64,000 nucleotides of DNA from Glaucostegus cemiculus. Taxonomy: Eukaryota. Made by a program: the position numbers and the translations under genes. Location of the stretch: assembly GCA_976551045.1 (NCBI GenBank), contig CDPCPM010000005.1, forward strand, positions 20,398,001 to 20,462,000. The letters run 5' to 3'. The notes under the pieces were generated by a model, which saw only the letters and a program-made list of their open reading frames with translations, made no database searches and had not been told where the DNA came from. This document shows, one piece after another, positions 1 to 12,240 of the stretch. The stretch's first letter is position 1. Every line of letters starts with the position of its first letter.

Positions 1-329
1 ATGGAGAGAGAAAAAAATCAGTTTGATGGCTTTACCATTCAATATTGCCTGATTTGTTTAGTATTTCCCACATTTTCTGTCTTCACCTCTTTGCTAAGGC
101 TGTCCTGAAAATTTCTACCACAATGGCCTGGTGATGACGCCTTCTGCCAAATTTTCCCTTACTTTTCAATTGTAGATCATCTTGTTGAGGATAGCAGCTG
201 AGGTAAAGAGGGGAACTTTGTAATACCCTACAGAAGAGCTCCTCGAGTTAGCACCACTATCTTAAAGTTCCCTGCTTACATGCAAAGCTTGAAAAGACAC
301 CCAACTTTACTTACATTTACTAACTTCCC

Positions 330-1460
330 TTCAATTTCATTTAGTACATCTGCAACATTTCCTTATTTTCCTTGACATTTCCAGGGATACAACATTAATG
401 CACTCACTAGCTCACACCTACCTTAATTACATTTTCTCCTACTTTGTCTCTCTATTCCATTTTTCCAGTTGCTTGTCTCCATTGTATCTCTCTGATGATT
501 CAATGTTTCATAACAGTTCTTCTAATATATTTTCCATTTGCTTTAACTGAGGATTCCCCACTGTTGTGAGTGACAGGGTTCTCAACTTTCTCTGTTCCAT
601 TTCCCAGGCTTCTGCTCCCACACCTTTTCTTTTCTCTCAGAATCATGTTAGGCTTCCCCATCCCACCCACCAGTCATTCTCCATCAATACCTTCTGTGTG
701 AAGTCACCATCAGTCACAGCTTTCCCTCCCCTCTCAACATTCTGAATGCACCATTCCTCACTTACCCCATTTCTCCTCCCCACCATCACACTGCACCCAC
801 CCAAGTAAGTGTAGAAGTTTCAATGTTTACTTATTTCCTACCCTTTTTTCAAGTGAGTCAGTGATTTACTTGTACTTGTAGATTGTACTAATCTACTACA
901 TTATGTTTACTGTTAACAATGAGGCGAATTCAACAGAGACTGAATCCAAACTGAGTGACTGTTTCATTGAACACCTTCATTTAGTCTGAAAATGTGATCC
1001 TGAGCTTTTGAGTGAGCTATCACTTTAATTGACTGTCACATTTATGCTTTGATGTTGCCCTGCCTATTCCAGTGAATGTCAATACAAGTTCAAGGCACCT
1101 TTCACCACACCTTTCTGTCCAGCATATTATAGTCTTTGGCTTACAGCATTATGTTCAATAACTTCAGATATCAACTCTGATAGTGCCATGTACATCTCCT
1201 CTAGGCGCAACCTTTTTGCTTTACGCGATCATCACTCTCACCAGCTTATCTATCTTGCCTTCCTCCCAATTTGCTTTACATCTCCTTACTCCCATTTCTC
1301 TGCAGATCAAAACTTAATTTTTCCCAAACTCTCTTGAGTTCTGATGAAAGGCTATTGACCAGAAACATTAATGTAGATTCTCCCTCCACAAATGCTGCCT
1401 AAACTGTTGAGTATTTCCAAGATTATCTGTTTTTTAATTTTAAAATGCAACTGCAATTTT
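330..1460 (+). mobile_element. Decayed Penelope-like retroelement (GIY-YIG endonuclease remnant and terminal segment)
   Basis: 933-1007 reads TETESKLSDCFIEHLHLV*KCDPEL, like the Penelope motif GETxRxLxxRFxEH. 1338-1435 carries the typical terminal sequence (ttctgatgaaag...gaaac...tgctgcct...gagtatttcca). The 5' boundary is uncertain. Confidence 0.65.
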
Positions 1461-1614
1461 GTGCTGATGTGTGGGTTGCAATGAAAGCAAGGCTAGATTT
1501 TACAATCAAGGATCTCTGTTTTCACAATACCTGGCCACAATCCATCTGATTGAACAGCTAGGAGGCTATGAATCCCATCATTGACACTGAAGAGATCCCA
1601 TTGACCTGAGTGAG

Positions 1615-1690
1615 GAATGGGATTACTCTGTGACTGGCATAAACTTGATGGACCGAAATGACCTTCCATACTGGAAGAAAATACATAAAT
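1615..1690 (+). mobile_element. Short SINE/CR1-type 3' tail fragment
   Basis: atgggattactctgtgactggcataaacttgatggaccgaaatgaccttcc resembles the tail of the V-SINE at 62670-62715 and CR1-type 3' ends. Confidence 0.5.
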
Positions 1691-1744
1691 GTGAAACGAG
1701 ACCATAAAAGTAGTACAAGCAACTAATTTTGTTCAGACCTGCTC

Positions 1745-1801
1745 TTTCAAAAAACACACATTCTACAAACTGAAGCATGTAAAAGTGGAAGCTTGTTTAA
1801 T
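1745..1801 (-). terminator. Polyadenylation signal ATTAAA with downstream GU/U-rich element
   Basis: Plus-strand tttaat at 1796-1801 is ATTAAA on the minus strand. About 35-50 nt downstream the minus strand reads TGTGTGTTTTTT. I saw no AATAAA on the minus strand between the stop codon and this site. Confidence 0.75.
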
Positions 1802-4552
1802 ATTGCTCTACCATCATCCTGAAAGGCATAATTAGAGTACACATTGGAACTGATTAAAGTTACAGAATCATTGTCTCCTTTTGCATTAACAATATATACA
1901 ATATAAAATAAATACATTTACACAAATGGACATTTGTCAGAGCACACAGTATGATACACGTCACAAAAATATACAGTTGATTGTTTACAGATGTGAAGCA
2001 CAAAGCTTGTCTAGACTACAGACATGGTTTTTCACTACAGATTAAACTTCAACTCCTGGTATTTGTAGCTTTTTTAAAACTTTTTTTTTCTGCTTTTAAA
2101 CTTTGCATGTAAGACTGCCGTAAATTGTTTGTAGGCAGGTAAACACAGATGCATAAATAATTTAAATACAACCACCAACACCCAACATTCTCTTCTATAT
2201 AAGAAAAATAGCTGTTTATAATTTTTTCATATTATTTTGAAACTTGTCTTTTTTAAAATGCAAATAGTGGAATAAATATTTGTTCTGATTGAAATGCAAG
2301 TGCAACTGTAAGGAGTCGCAGAATCATATTGCCATAATTAAGCAGAAAAAAAGATAATTGTAAAGAAAAGAAAGGAGAAAAAATAGATACAGCTTAAAAC
2401 GTAGAACCATTTTAAATATCTCAGTTTGCTGCTCTGAGTACTGGTAAATGAGACTTTACTGCTGGTTCTAACCATAAGCATGAACAAAATAAATCTTAAA
2501 TCCTTCCCTTGCACTCCACAGAGCTAAGCTCCTATTACTCAAAATCAGCACCTTACTCCCAGGAGTTGGATTTTTTTTTAAGGGTCGTGCCAGCTTCTTA
2601 GTTCCCTATTACAGCTATAAACTTCAAGTTATTGACCACCTGAACGAGCTGCTAATGATGAATAAAGTCTAGAATCACAGTACAGTCAATTCTCTACTGA
2701 GAAACCACAATCTACTAAATAGTCTCGTACGGCTAATGATACACAGTATTTATAGCACAAGGTTGATGCATACCGTCAACCTTTTTGTCTTTTTCTTTTT
2801 TTTTGTTCAAAGCACACAATGTAGCAGTAGTTTGGGAAACTTGTATGCACCAAAAACTTGTAACGACACAAAGCTGGTTTTAACAACCATTTGAGATGTT
2901 TGAACATAGCCATATTTACAGCATTTAAAAATTAGACATTTACCTATTGATTGGAAATATTCAAATTCTTTTCTAAGATATACATTATTATTCTACAATA
3001 AACTGTTACACAAAATATCCCTTTTTAAATTAATGATTTAAATGTGTATTGTCAGAAGAGATATTTGTTCTGATTCTTAAACTATTTGTTCTTATTATTA
3101 ATAGGAGCAATCTTATCACCAGTAAGGAATAGAATACACTATCTCCTGAGGAATTTTACATCCATTACTGTCTCTAATTCTACCCTGTGTCTAATGCGTA
3201 CAATCACAAGAATCTAACACCACAATAAGAACAAGACAACAGTCTTTGAATTCAACTAAAATTAGAAGAACACAGCAAACATGAAACATTGCAAGCTGAA
3301 CTACAACATTTTTTTTTGTTTCCAATACATGACCTCAGGTTAGGCTCACAATCTTTGATTACATATGTGTACACAGAAGAGGATGTCACATGGTACAACA
3401 GGGAGCAGCTACTAATACTGACATTTGAGTACTTGGTACAGGTTAGCGCCTTTGTTTGTTTTTAAAATGTAGCAAATGTAGCCTTTAAAGGGGAGGAAAA
3501 ACATCTGATTAGTTGCTAAATCAAATTTACACCTTAACAGTCATGTTTTGAATGGTTAATAAATATGCCTGCAAAGTACATTATTTTACATTAGTACCAT
3601 ATTTCCAAAATATGCTGGGACAAGCTAGTGTATAATCTTGTTGCACTGGATTCAATTGTCAAATTGACTAATCTATCAATAAAGGTGTAATCTAATTTCA
3701 GTAGTGATCTTGAAGCTATGTATTACCTTGTGTTAAAGAAGTTGAGGATTTTGACTGAACTGGCACTCAACATAAATTGCATCCATAAAAAGTATGCACC
3801 TTCTCATTCACTATTGCTTAAGATAAATTCACAGATTAATAAAATGGCTGTAGTGGTAAAGCTGGTACAAAAAACCCATAAACAACATCAACAACAAAGG
3901 TTTTAAAAAAAGTTTTGTTTGTTCTTCATAACTGTCCATCGTTTTTCCAGCCAGCAAAGAAATGCAGTATTTTCAGTATTGCATGACTGAGTAAAGCTTA
4001 CTATTCCCTGAAATAGACATAGTTCCTAACCTAAGAAATATCTGGAAGACTTGAAAACAATTAAGGAATTAAATGGCTGTAACTGATCTAAGGTGGAAAA
4101 AATGCAATGAGAAGAAGCAGCCAATGCAACGCTGCTCCGATGCCTAATTACAGACTGTTCATATGGAACCTAATACTGCATTCAGTCGATGCGCTGTACT
4201 GTTAGGTAAAACAGTTGTCAGTCTGAATCCTTTGTTGATGGGGATATTTTTCTTCTTATTAATTCAGTGGCATCCATATTATGGATTCCCATCCTTTGGC
4301 AGGGCTGGCTTCCTTCTCTCTCTTCATTTAGAGACCTCATTAAAAAGTTCAACAGCAAAATCTGCATGAAAAAATCTTAGAAGAATGAGAAGTTGAAAGC
4401 TGCTTCACAGTCATACTGCTAAATATCAGTGCAGTTTTTTTTCAATTAAACACTACAGTTAACTTTTGTCTGTTTCACTTCCTACGTTTCTTCCCTTTGC
4501 TGTGGCCTAACCCATTCTGTACGTTTTCATGGGAAGGCCTAGGTTCCTCTAG
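1775..4552 (-). other. ESRRG: ESRRG 3'UTR (~2.8 kb; 3' end approximate)
   Basis: U-rich on the minus strand with no recognisable repeats, running from the stop codon to the ATTAAA signal. Transposon-derived sequence resumes just beyond it (below ~1700). Confidence 0.8.
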
Positions 4553-4797
4553 TCAGACCTTGGCCTCCAGCATTTCCAAGAATAGTTTGTGCATGGGAAC
4601 TTTGCCTTCCAGTTTGATGTTGTAGAAATGCTGCACAGCTTTGGTAGAGGTCTGCCGGAGAAGAGGAAGCGTCATCAGTAGCTTACCAGCACGGCGTGGG
4701 TCTTCCCCGTGCTGCCCAGCCTCATAGTCCTGCAGGGCCTCATGCAAGACATCTTGCAGCTTCTGAACAGCCTCAACATCTTCTATGTGCATTGAAT
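4553..4797 (-). CDS. ESRRG: ESRRG last coding exon: C-terminal LBD helices, AF-2 and stop codon
   Basis: Translates (D)[80 protein letters not shown]. Acceptor ttgcag|ATTC, TGA at 4553-4555. The exon lengths from the ATG at 63430 sum to 1305 nt = 434 aa plus stop. Confidence 0.98.
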
Positions 4798-7210
4798 CTG
4801 CAAGACAATAAAACCAATAAAACAATTAAAGAAAAAAATATGCCTATCTGCATGATGACTTGTTTCAAGTACACAATGCTTCACATTTGCTTGAAACATG
4901 GATCACTCAACTAAGAGACACTCAACTGTAGATTTAAACAAAATGCCCTCAATCTTTAAACAAAGGAACGCCTCATGATTTTTCATTTGATAACTTGTTG
5001 AATATCTGTATTGTGTTTTATACATGTTGACTGACGAACAGCTGTTTAAAATAAACCAAGTACTTAGGGATATAGTTTTTAACATTTAAGTTCTATTAAG
5101 AGTCCACCTGCTGAATTGGATGTGGAGAGACTTCCAGGAACACTCTAAATAGACAACAAGTAAAAAAAGGGGAAGCACTATCTTTTATATTCAATGAACA
5201 CCTCATCTTAAGATTTGGTGTTAAAATAAATTTAACCTAGCAGTTATAAAGGTGAAACAAACATTTAAGGAACAGCTTTTGATAAAAGGACAGAAAGCTG
5301 GATTTTATCTATCAAGGGACGTTCTGTTTGCAATATTCTTTGCTTTCTTATATCTTTTGAAGTGAGTAATTAAGGTCAGTGTTATTTCTAATCTAGTTAT
5401 TATTATTTTATTTTGGTGTAACTGTACTGTGTTATTACTTATTTTTATATTTCTGCTCTGTTTAACAAATACATTCAATACATGGTGAATCACCAGTAGA
5501 GTACTGCAAAAAGACTTGGAGATGAGAGTTTCACTGCAAGTAAACAAACTGGTATTTTCTGCAATCTGTTGTTTGTAAAATATGAAGATTGTCATGATTA
5601 ATCTCCTTGCAGTATTTTATTTCAAATTGATGCTGCATGTCATAGTGCATTTGCAGCACTCCAGGATAAGTCTTAAAACTTCCGCTTTACTGTTCCTGAA
5701 ATGGTAAAAATCCAGAGAACAGAAGCCTCATCCATTATCGCAGAGCTACAGTATGATCTTGTTGTGAAGCAGTTTACATCCCATTTGATGACACCTAAAT
5801 AGTATTTTAATCTGGCATACAAGATGGACAATGTGCAAATATACATCATGACCAGACAAAATTAAATCGGAAGCAAGGTGAAAGTCTAGGAAAGTAGAAG
5901 TAAAAGTGAATTACTTGTCTGAAAATGCTGAGTTTGGAAATGTCATTTCCCTCATCAGAGTGGTGAAGTGCCAACAACAGTTGCTGAGACAAATAGAAAA
6001 AGTGCAACTTTTTGTTGAAACAATTTCCCTCCCATCAATCTGGGAATTTGCGCATCAATATATGAGATGAACTGTTAATTACAAAATCAATTAAAAAATA
6101 ATTTTCAAAACAGTCACGCTTTGGTTCTCTGGGGTACAATTTGGCAGAAGGTTCATCTCGGACCCACCAAATCAAGAGCTGTCATCCGAAAATAAGCAAA
6201 AGCAATCTGGTTTTTCATTTTTCAGCGTGGCTGAGCCCAGCCTGAGATTGATCAGCACATATGGCCTCAGAAAACAAACTGTCAATACCTTGAATGCTGT
6301 AGAATTTGAACAAATGGCTGTCCTCCCATTCAGCTACTCATTGCATTCCATTTAACAGATTTTATTGACAGTTTCCTTCTTGTAATTAAAGAGAAAACTA
6401 CTGGCCGGCAACCAAGATAAAGTTCAAAGATTAGGTCAAAACAAAAGAAGGCAGGGGGAAACGGAGGGACATGGCGTGATTGTCAACAGTACACAACATC
6501 AGAGCTGTTATTGACACACAGGTAGCTAACGATCAGCATGTTATTAAAGAGTGATCTATCATGAACTTTATGCAAATGCTAAAGTGCCTAAAGACTGCAA
6601 TAAAGCATTGGGGAGAAGGGAAAAAACAACAAAGCACAAACGATTTTATTCATGATTCATTCCCAGTTGCTTCTGTGCTTTAAATTCAAATGTGCATAAT
6701 ATGCATGCTGAAAAAGTTAACCTCTTCTATGCTGGCACAGTGTGAATGCAATTCACTAGGGAGAAAAAAGATGTTTTTTAGATCTAGTTGGCATTGCATC
6801 AGAAACAAAACTTCACCACATTGAAAACAGGCTCCACTTCTGAAAGCATATCCTTAAATCTGAGAGAAGTGGTAAAGTATGTCTCACAGTAAATCAGCAA
6901 CATAATTACATTAACAGTCTTAAATAATTCACATTATACAAGACTGTTCTTGAAGCTACTAATTTCTCATGCACATTGTCAGTTTGATTTTGTCCAACAC
7001 TGAATACTCTAGCTTATTTTATAACAGGAGTAAAAGGACCTAATCAACTTGAGAGATAAAATATTTTGATTTTTATTGCCAATATGGAGTTAAATATTTC
7101 AACTAAAATCTTTGCTTATTGGGGGACTCACCAACTCAGAACATGTTATTAGAAATGGGGTGGGGGTACAGGGAAGGTAATAATATTGAAATAATGCCAA
7201 ATCTGCCAAC

Positions 7211-7480
7211 CTGAATTAGCAAGCGCTATAGCTTTGAGGGTGACAAACTCCTCCTTCTCCAGCTTCATGCTCTTGTATTTTTTTACCAGCTGCAGTATGG
7301 CATTATTCAGATCAAGAAGTCCAGCTAGCTTTGACTGGTCTTCATCCATTATGTAGTCTTCAGCATATACTAGCTCATCCTCAAAAGATAGCGATCTGTA
7401 CACAATCCCCAAGATCAGAATCTCCATCCAGGCACTCTGGAGGAGGCTCATCTGATCAGCCAGAGATAATGTGGAGAAGC
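7211..7480 (-). CDS. ESRRG: ESRRG exon 6: ligand-binding domain core
   Basis: Translates (G)[89 protein letters not shown](D). [16 protein letters not shown] is ERRgamma-type rather than ERRbeta-type. Acceptor ttctttccag|GCTTC, donor TCAG|gttggc; 270 nt. Confidence 0.98.
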
Positions 7481-8792
7481 CTGGAAAGAAAAGAAGGACA
7501 TAACGGTGTTATAGTGTCACAAACTATGGATGAATATAGCTGAGGTGGAATCAGATTACTTTCAATTCACTATTAGAACCACTTTTCTCATCCATCAAAT
7601 AAAACCTTGAATCAGGCCAATGGACACTAGATAACCACTAGAGAAATAACTTACTCTCTCAATTACATGAGAGTTTTTTTTGGTGGAAAGAGACAAGGGG
7701 TAAAAGGCAGAGGTAATCAAAGAAAATAATGGGCCTTTGTTTGGAGAGAGAAATTAAATGGACAGGGACTGCCATTTCTTATTTAAATGCTGTAAATCAT
7801 GGTTTGGCTAGAAGGAATGTGCAACTCTCTTTTATTTTGCAGCATGACATACATCTCAAATTTATTTTTATTGTATTGTAGTGCAATTAGAATTAGTGCC
7901 ACGTTAATATTATGAAACTTTACATGCATATTGTCCATATACATATTTACATATATATTGCCCAATTGTATAGCTCTGATTAATTGTTAACGCAAAAACT
8001 GTGATAGAAACAGACAAGGCCAAGGTCAGTGATACACAAGCCCCGCCTACAATGATGAAAGTAGAGGCATTTCTTTTGGCAGAACTTCTTCCTATTCACA
8101 CTATTGTAGTGTGCAAGAAATAGTTCATGATCATCATTCAAAATAAGAAACTGGCATAACCAAATGTGGTAACATTGCAGTTAATCCTGTACTATCCATT
8201 CAAACAAAACTTATCAAAAATTTAGATGAGTAATACATAGGGTCTGAAATTAACACAAAGCAATGTTGTTTTGCAGGATATGTATCCTATGTCCAATAAT
8301 CAGTGGTAACATGTAAATGAAATTGTAATTTATATTTATTCTTTCCTCCAAATTTGTTTGTGTTGCACAACATTGAATATGCAAGTGACGCTGCTTTTAC
8401 TATCGGTGAGGCTAAGGTATCCACAGCTGTGGTAACAGAAAAGCAAATCTGTCACCAGTTTATCAAGGGAGGGCAAATTTTGAAAACATCTGTTCAGGCA
8501 AGGCTGTCACAGTGAAGGCTTCGCTACATGAATCAGTTTGCTTCATCCCTGTCTAACTAGACCACTAATGGCAAACAGCTCATTATATGTCTTTCAGGCT
8601 ATTGTTTATACCAACTACAGTACTAATTTATTATCTCCTCACTGTTAAGATCTACAATCTTGTTAACAGGACGAGAATGGTTTACAGCTTTTGAGGTGGT
8701 TTTCCTGGCCTGCCAGTGACATGCAATGGAATGCCAGTTGGCAGAGCCGACCAAAGGCACTTAATAAAATCATCAAAGGAAATTAACCAAAC

Positions 8793-8795
<3 letters not shown>

Positions 8796-8858
<63 letters not shown>
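8796..8858. repeat. (TG)31 microsatellite
   Basis: Perfect dinucleotide run seen directly. Confidence 0.99.
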
Positions 8859-8861
<3 letters not shown>

Positions 8862-8924
8862 TACATTTGTGGTCACACAATCGAAGGGAATGGGTAAAGG
8901 AAGGGCATATAATAAATTATAGTC

Positions 8925-9795
8925 AGCAAGTTAGACAGCATCTGTGCAGAGAGAAACGAGAGTTGATATTTTGGGTCAATGGCCATTCATCAGAACAAGG
9001 AGTAGCTACAGTCATCCAGGACTTAAGATGCAGAGAAAAGGGGGAAGAGGAAGAGGATACAAATACAAAGGTCAATGAAAGGGTGGAAGGCAGAGATAAT
9101 ACAAAGGATGATCATACAAGGCAACAAAAGCTTAGAGAAGGACTATATCCTGAACAGCTGAATGAAATCACCTTAGGTTACGAAGTTACGAAGAAATTCT
9201 AGGAAATCTAAAACAAAATACTGGAAATGATCATTAACTGACATTGTTAAATTCAGTATTGTGTCAGAAAGGCTGTCATGTGCTTTGTAAAAAGATGAGA
9301 TTCTGTTCCTTGATCTCACATTGAGCTTTGTTGGAACTGTGTTTGTGGCTGAGGACAGAGAGGTCAGAGTGGAAGTGGGACAGCGAAGTGATAGGTGATG
9401 TTTGGGGTCATGTTTGGGGACTGAATGGGGATGTTCAGCAAGACTGTTACTCAACATGGTTTCTCCAAACTAAGGGACACCGCATTGGCTGGCAACAGAT
9501 AAAGTATACTGAACTGAAAAATAGCGAAGAAAACTGCTCTTATACAGGGAAAATGTTTGAGGCCCTTCATTTGATACAAGTATTTTGCCTTCTCCCTTCC
9601 CAGGATCCAAACCTTCCCTTTTGTTCTCTCCTTCCCTTGTCTCTTATTCAGAATCTTTATTTCGAGTTCTGAGGAAATATCATTTATCTGAAATATTTAA
9701 TCTGCCTCTCCCTCTACAGATGTGACCTCACAGGCTGAATATTTCCAAGATTTACTATGTTTGTTTCAGATTTTTCAGATCTACAGTATTTTATA
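8925..9795 (-). mobile_element. Decayed Penelope-like element with terminal segments in inverted orientation
   Basis: Minus-strand terminal segment at 8925-8995 (cagcatctgtgcagagagaaac...ttcatcagaac). The minus ORF 9173-9457 begins LSNSLAEHPHSVPKHDP (GIY-YIG remnant). A plus-oriented terminal segment lies at 9665-9795. Confidence 0.65.
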
Positions 9796-11887
9796 TTCAT
9801 AAAAAATCATGGCAGAAGCATTCACGTTAAATCATTGTCAATAATAACAATAATATTGAACAGGCCTGTACGCCTTTTTATCTTATATATTGTTATTTCT
9901 GAAAAGTACAGTGCACTTTGTTTTGGTATAAACACAAAAATCACAGTATTTGCATTCCTCATTTGAGTATCATGACTGTATTTAAACATGCAAAAGAGGT
10001 GTGAGAACACATTTGTGGGGTGAATCACACCTGGTATCACATTCGTGAGGGCATTAGTGCATACACCGTGAATGCCAAATGGAAGTTTGCAGTAAAGGTA
10101 AAGCCTGATATAAATCAGCATAATATTAATTTAGTGCAGGGGATAGTACTTCGGAGTTCAACATTCAAGCTGGTATCTTCCCTTAAATTTACATGGCTAA
10201 GCACATTCATCAGCACGATGTAACCTTCGGCAGTGATTCTTAAGGGGATCATTAAGTAATTACTGGTCAATTTCTTCTGACTGTTGCTATGATTCTTCAA
10301 ATGTTTGATGCTTTCTATTGCTGTTTCAAGTTTCATATCTCTACAGTGAGTGGTGTATCAGGTGCCGAAGAACTTCCAAGGCTTCTGCAGGAAACAGTTG
10401 CTCCCAGACATGGATAAATTAGTTGGTCTTCCCCTAGGAATAGAGTGTAACTGGGAGAATGGGTTGAAGGCTTGCAGTATAGAAGAGAGAGGAAGAAGAG
10501 GTGGGAGAAAAGGAGGCCATATCTGCCCATTTAGGGTTTAGGGAGAAGCTTTTGGCAAGGAATTATGTCTAGGCACTTGTCTTCCAAAAAGGTTGTCACC
10601 ATTGAAATCTGCCACCTGCTGTAACTGTTTTTGCAATCTCAGAGCAGGCAAGGACTGCTGTGGCAGTGTCTGTCAGGGTAGACATGGGAATGAACTTTTA
10701 TGATCTAGCTCATCCTTGGCTAAAGCTGAGGATACTCGCAAAATCATACTATGCATAATCAACACTGGTGTAAAAGTGGAGAGTGGATTATATCTCATTC
10801 TCTCTAGTCACAAAGTATCAGGCTTTGATTGCGTACATATCAGTTAGCAGATTCTGTCCTATATTGGAAACATAAGGGACTCTACTCCATCAATGTCCAG
10901 TCAGTATGCCAGCTTTAGGCACTGCAGGCTTGCCTTAACTAGTGTTAACATCACACAGTATTAAACCTCAGCTAAAGCACCTAGATTATGAAATAGAGTA
11001 CTTTGCATGGACTGAATACTACACTCTTGGAAATGACCAAGGTGTATGATGTTGGTGCACAGCGGGCCTTTCACTCAATGATTAATCATGCAATGTGATC
11101 CCAAACACACCCATTTGCAGTTTGTCATCATGGGGGACACTGCCATAAGCTCTCTTTGTTTGATTGTTCAGATGTCACCTCCTTCCCCGCCTTTTTTTTT
11201 GCAAATTTGCAGAAATATGCCTCAGAAATATTTTATAACAACACTACAGCCCACTAACAAGAACGTTAGTTCACATCTGATTTATTGGGAAATGGAAAAA
11301 GAGTTTGTCTTTTGTTAGACTCCCACAGTAGCCATCCCCATAGAATTACCAGATTGTCTGTGTGTGTGGCCTGCAGCACCTTCCAGTGATGAGGCTTTTT
11401 TTCCCCAACCCCTGCCACTGCTGTTGGTAAATAATTAGATTTACACATTCCCAATCTACACACATCTTCTGTCTAATAATTAAAAGCAGGATGATTAGTT
11501 TATTGAGTGGAGGGAGGAACTTTTTTTATTGAGGCCTATCAATGATTTTATCAGGGCAGCACTTTTACGGTTGTCATGTGGGCGCAGGCATCCAATTTTT
11601 CTTATCTGACTGATTAATACAAACGCTGTTTCAGGATGCATTAATTAACAGATACAAATCTACGTTCTCATGAAGGGATCAATAAAGAGAAGAAAAGAGG
11701 CATCAAAGTGAATTTAGTGCTGATGATGGAGAAGGCACTGTATTGACATTTACGTGTGTGGAAACTCCAAAGTCTCCCCAGTTCTGCTGCAGGCCTCAGC
11801 AGTGATGCTAATGCCAGCGGCGCTTGTCTAGCACTTTTGGATAGGTGAAGTGATGCACTTTAGTCAACTGAATGAGTCTAAGCATCT

Positions 11888-11905
11888 TGTGTGTGTGTGT
11901 GTGTG
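11888..11905. repeat. (TG)9 microsatellite
   Basis: Seen directly. Confidence 0.95.
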
Positions 11906-12192
11906 AAGGGCAAAGAAATATCATCCAGTGACTCTGAAAGAAACATTTATATGTAGAGAATGAACAGTGTTTTTAGAGGTAAGCCATTGCCATAATTCAG
12001 CTTTGAGGCAGAATGGATGCACTTTATCTTCATATATGAAACACTAATTTTTTTAATCTACTTATTAGCAGGCAAGCTGCTTTTCCATTACATGTTTGCT
12101 GGGACTTATATGAAAAATACTGATGTTCATAGTAGTATGTGCTTAAAGACTTTTGATGAGTAATTTATAGGAAAGCTGTAAAACACTTGACC

Positions 12193-12240
12193 TTTGACGA
12201 GACAAGAAAGTGCAGATGCTGGAATCTGGAGCAAAAAAAC
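12193..12240 (-). mobile_element. 48-bp Penelope-terminus-like micro-insertion between 12-bp direct repeats
   Basis: AAACACTTGACC occurs at 12181-12192 and 12241-12252. The insert contains tgcagatgctggaatctggagcaaaaaa. Confidence 0.65.

Noticed and set aside
5630-5660. Short hairpins (TGCTGCA...TGCAGCA here; also 14263-14278 and 44532-44545) as pre-miRNAs
   Set aside because: The stems are only 6-7 bp, far too short for a pre-miRNA, and are expected by chance.
7149-7210. ORF extensions past the exon ends (GWQIWHY..., GNKKQK..., CKDKEL..., GNTSFIF...) as alternative C-termini
   Set aside because: These are read-through into introns beyond canonical GT donors; the sequence gives no evidence of intron retention.
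8682-9202. ORFs with HT/CV dipeptide repeats
   Set aside because: They are translations of the (TG)n microsatellite and adjacent Penelope sequence.
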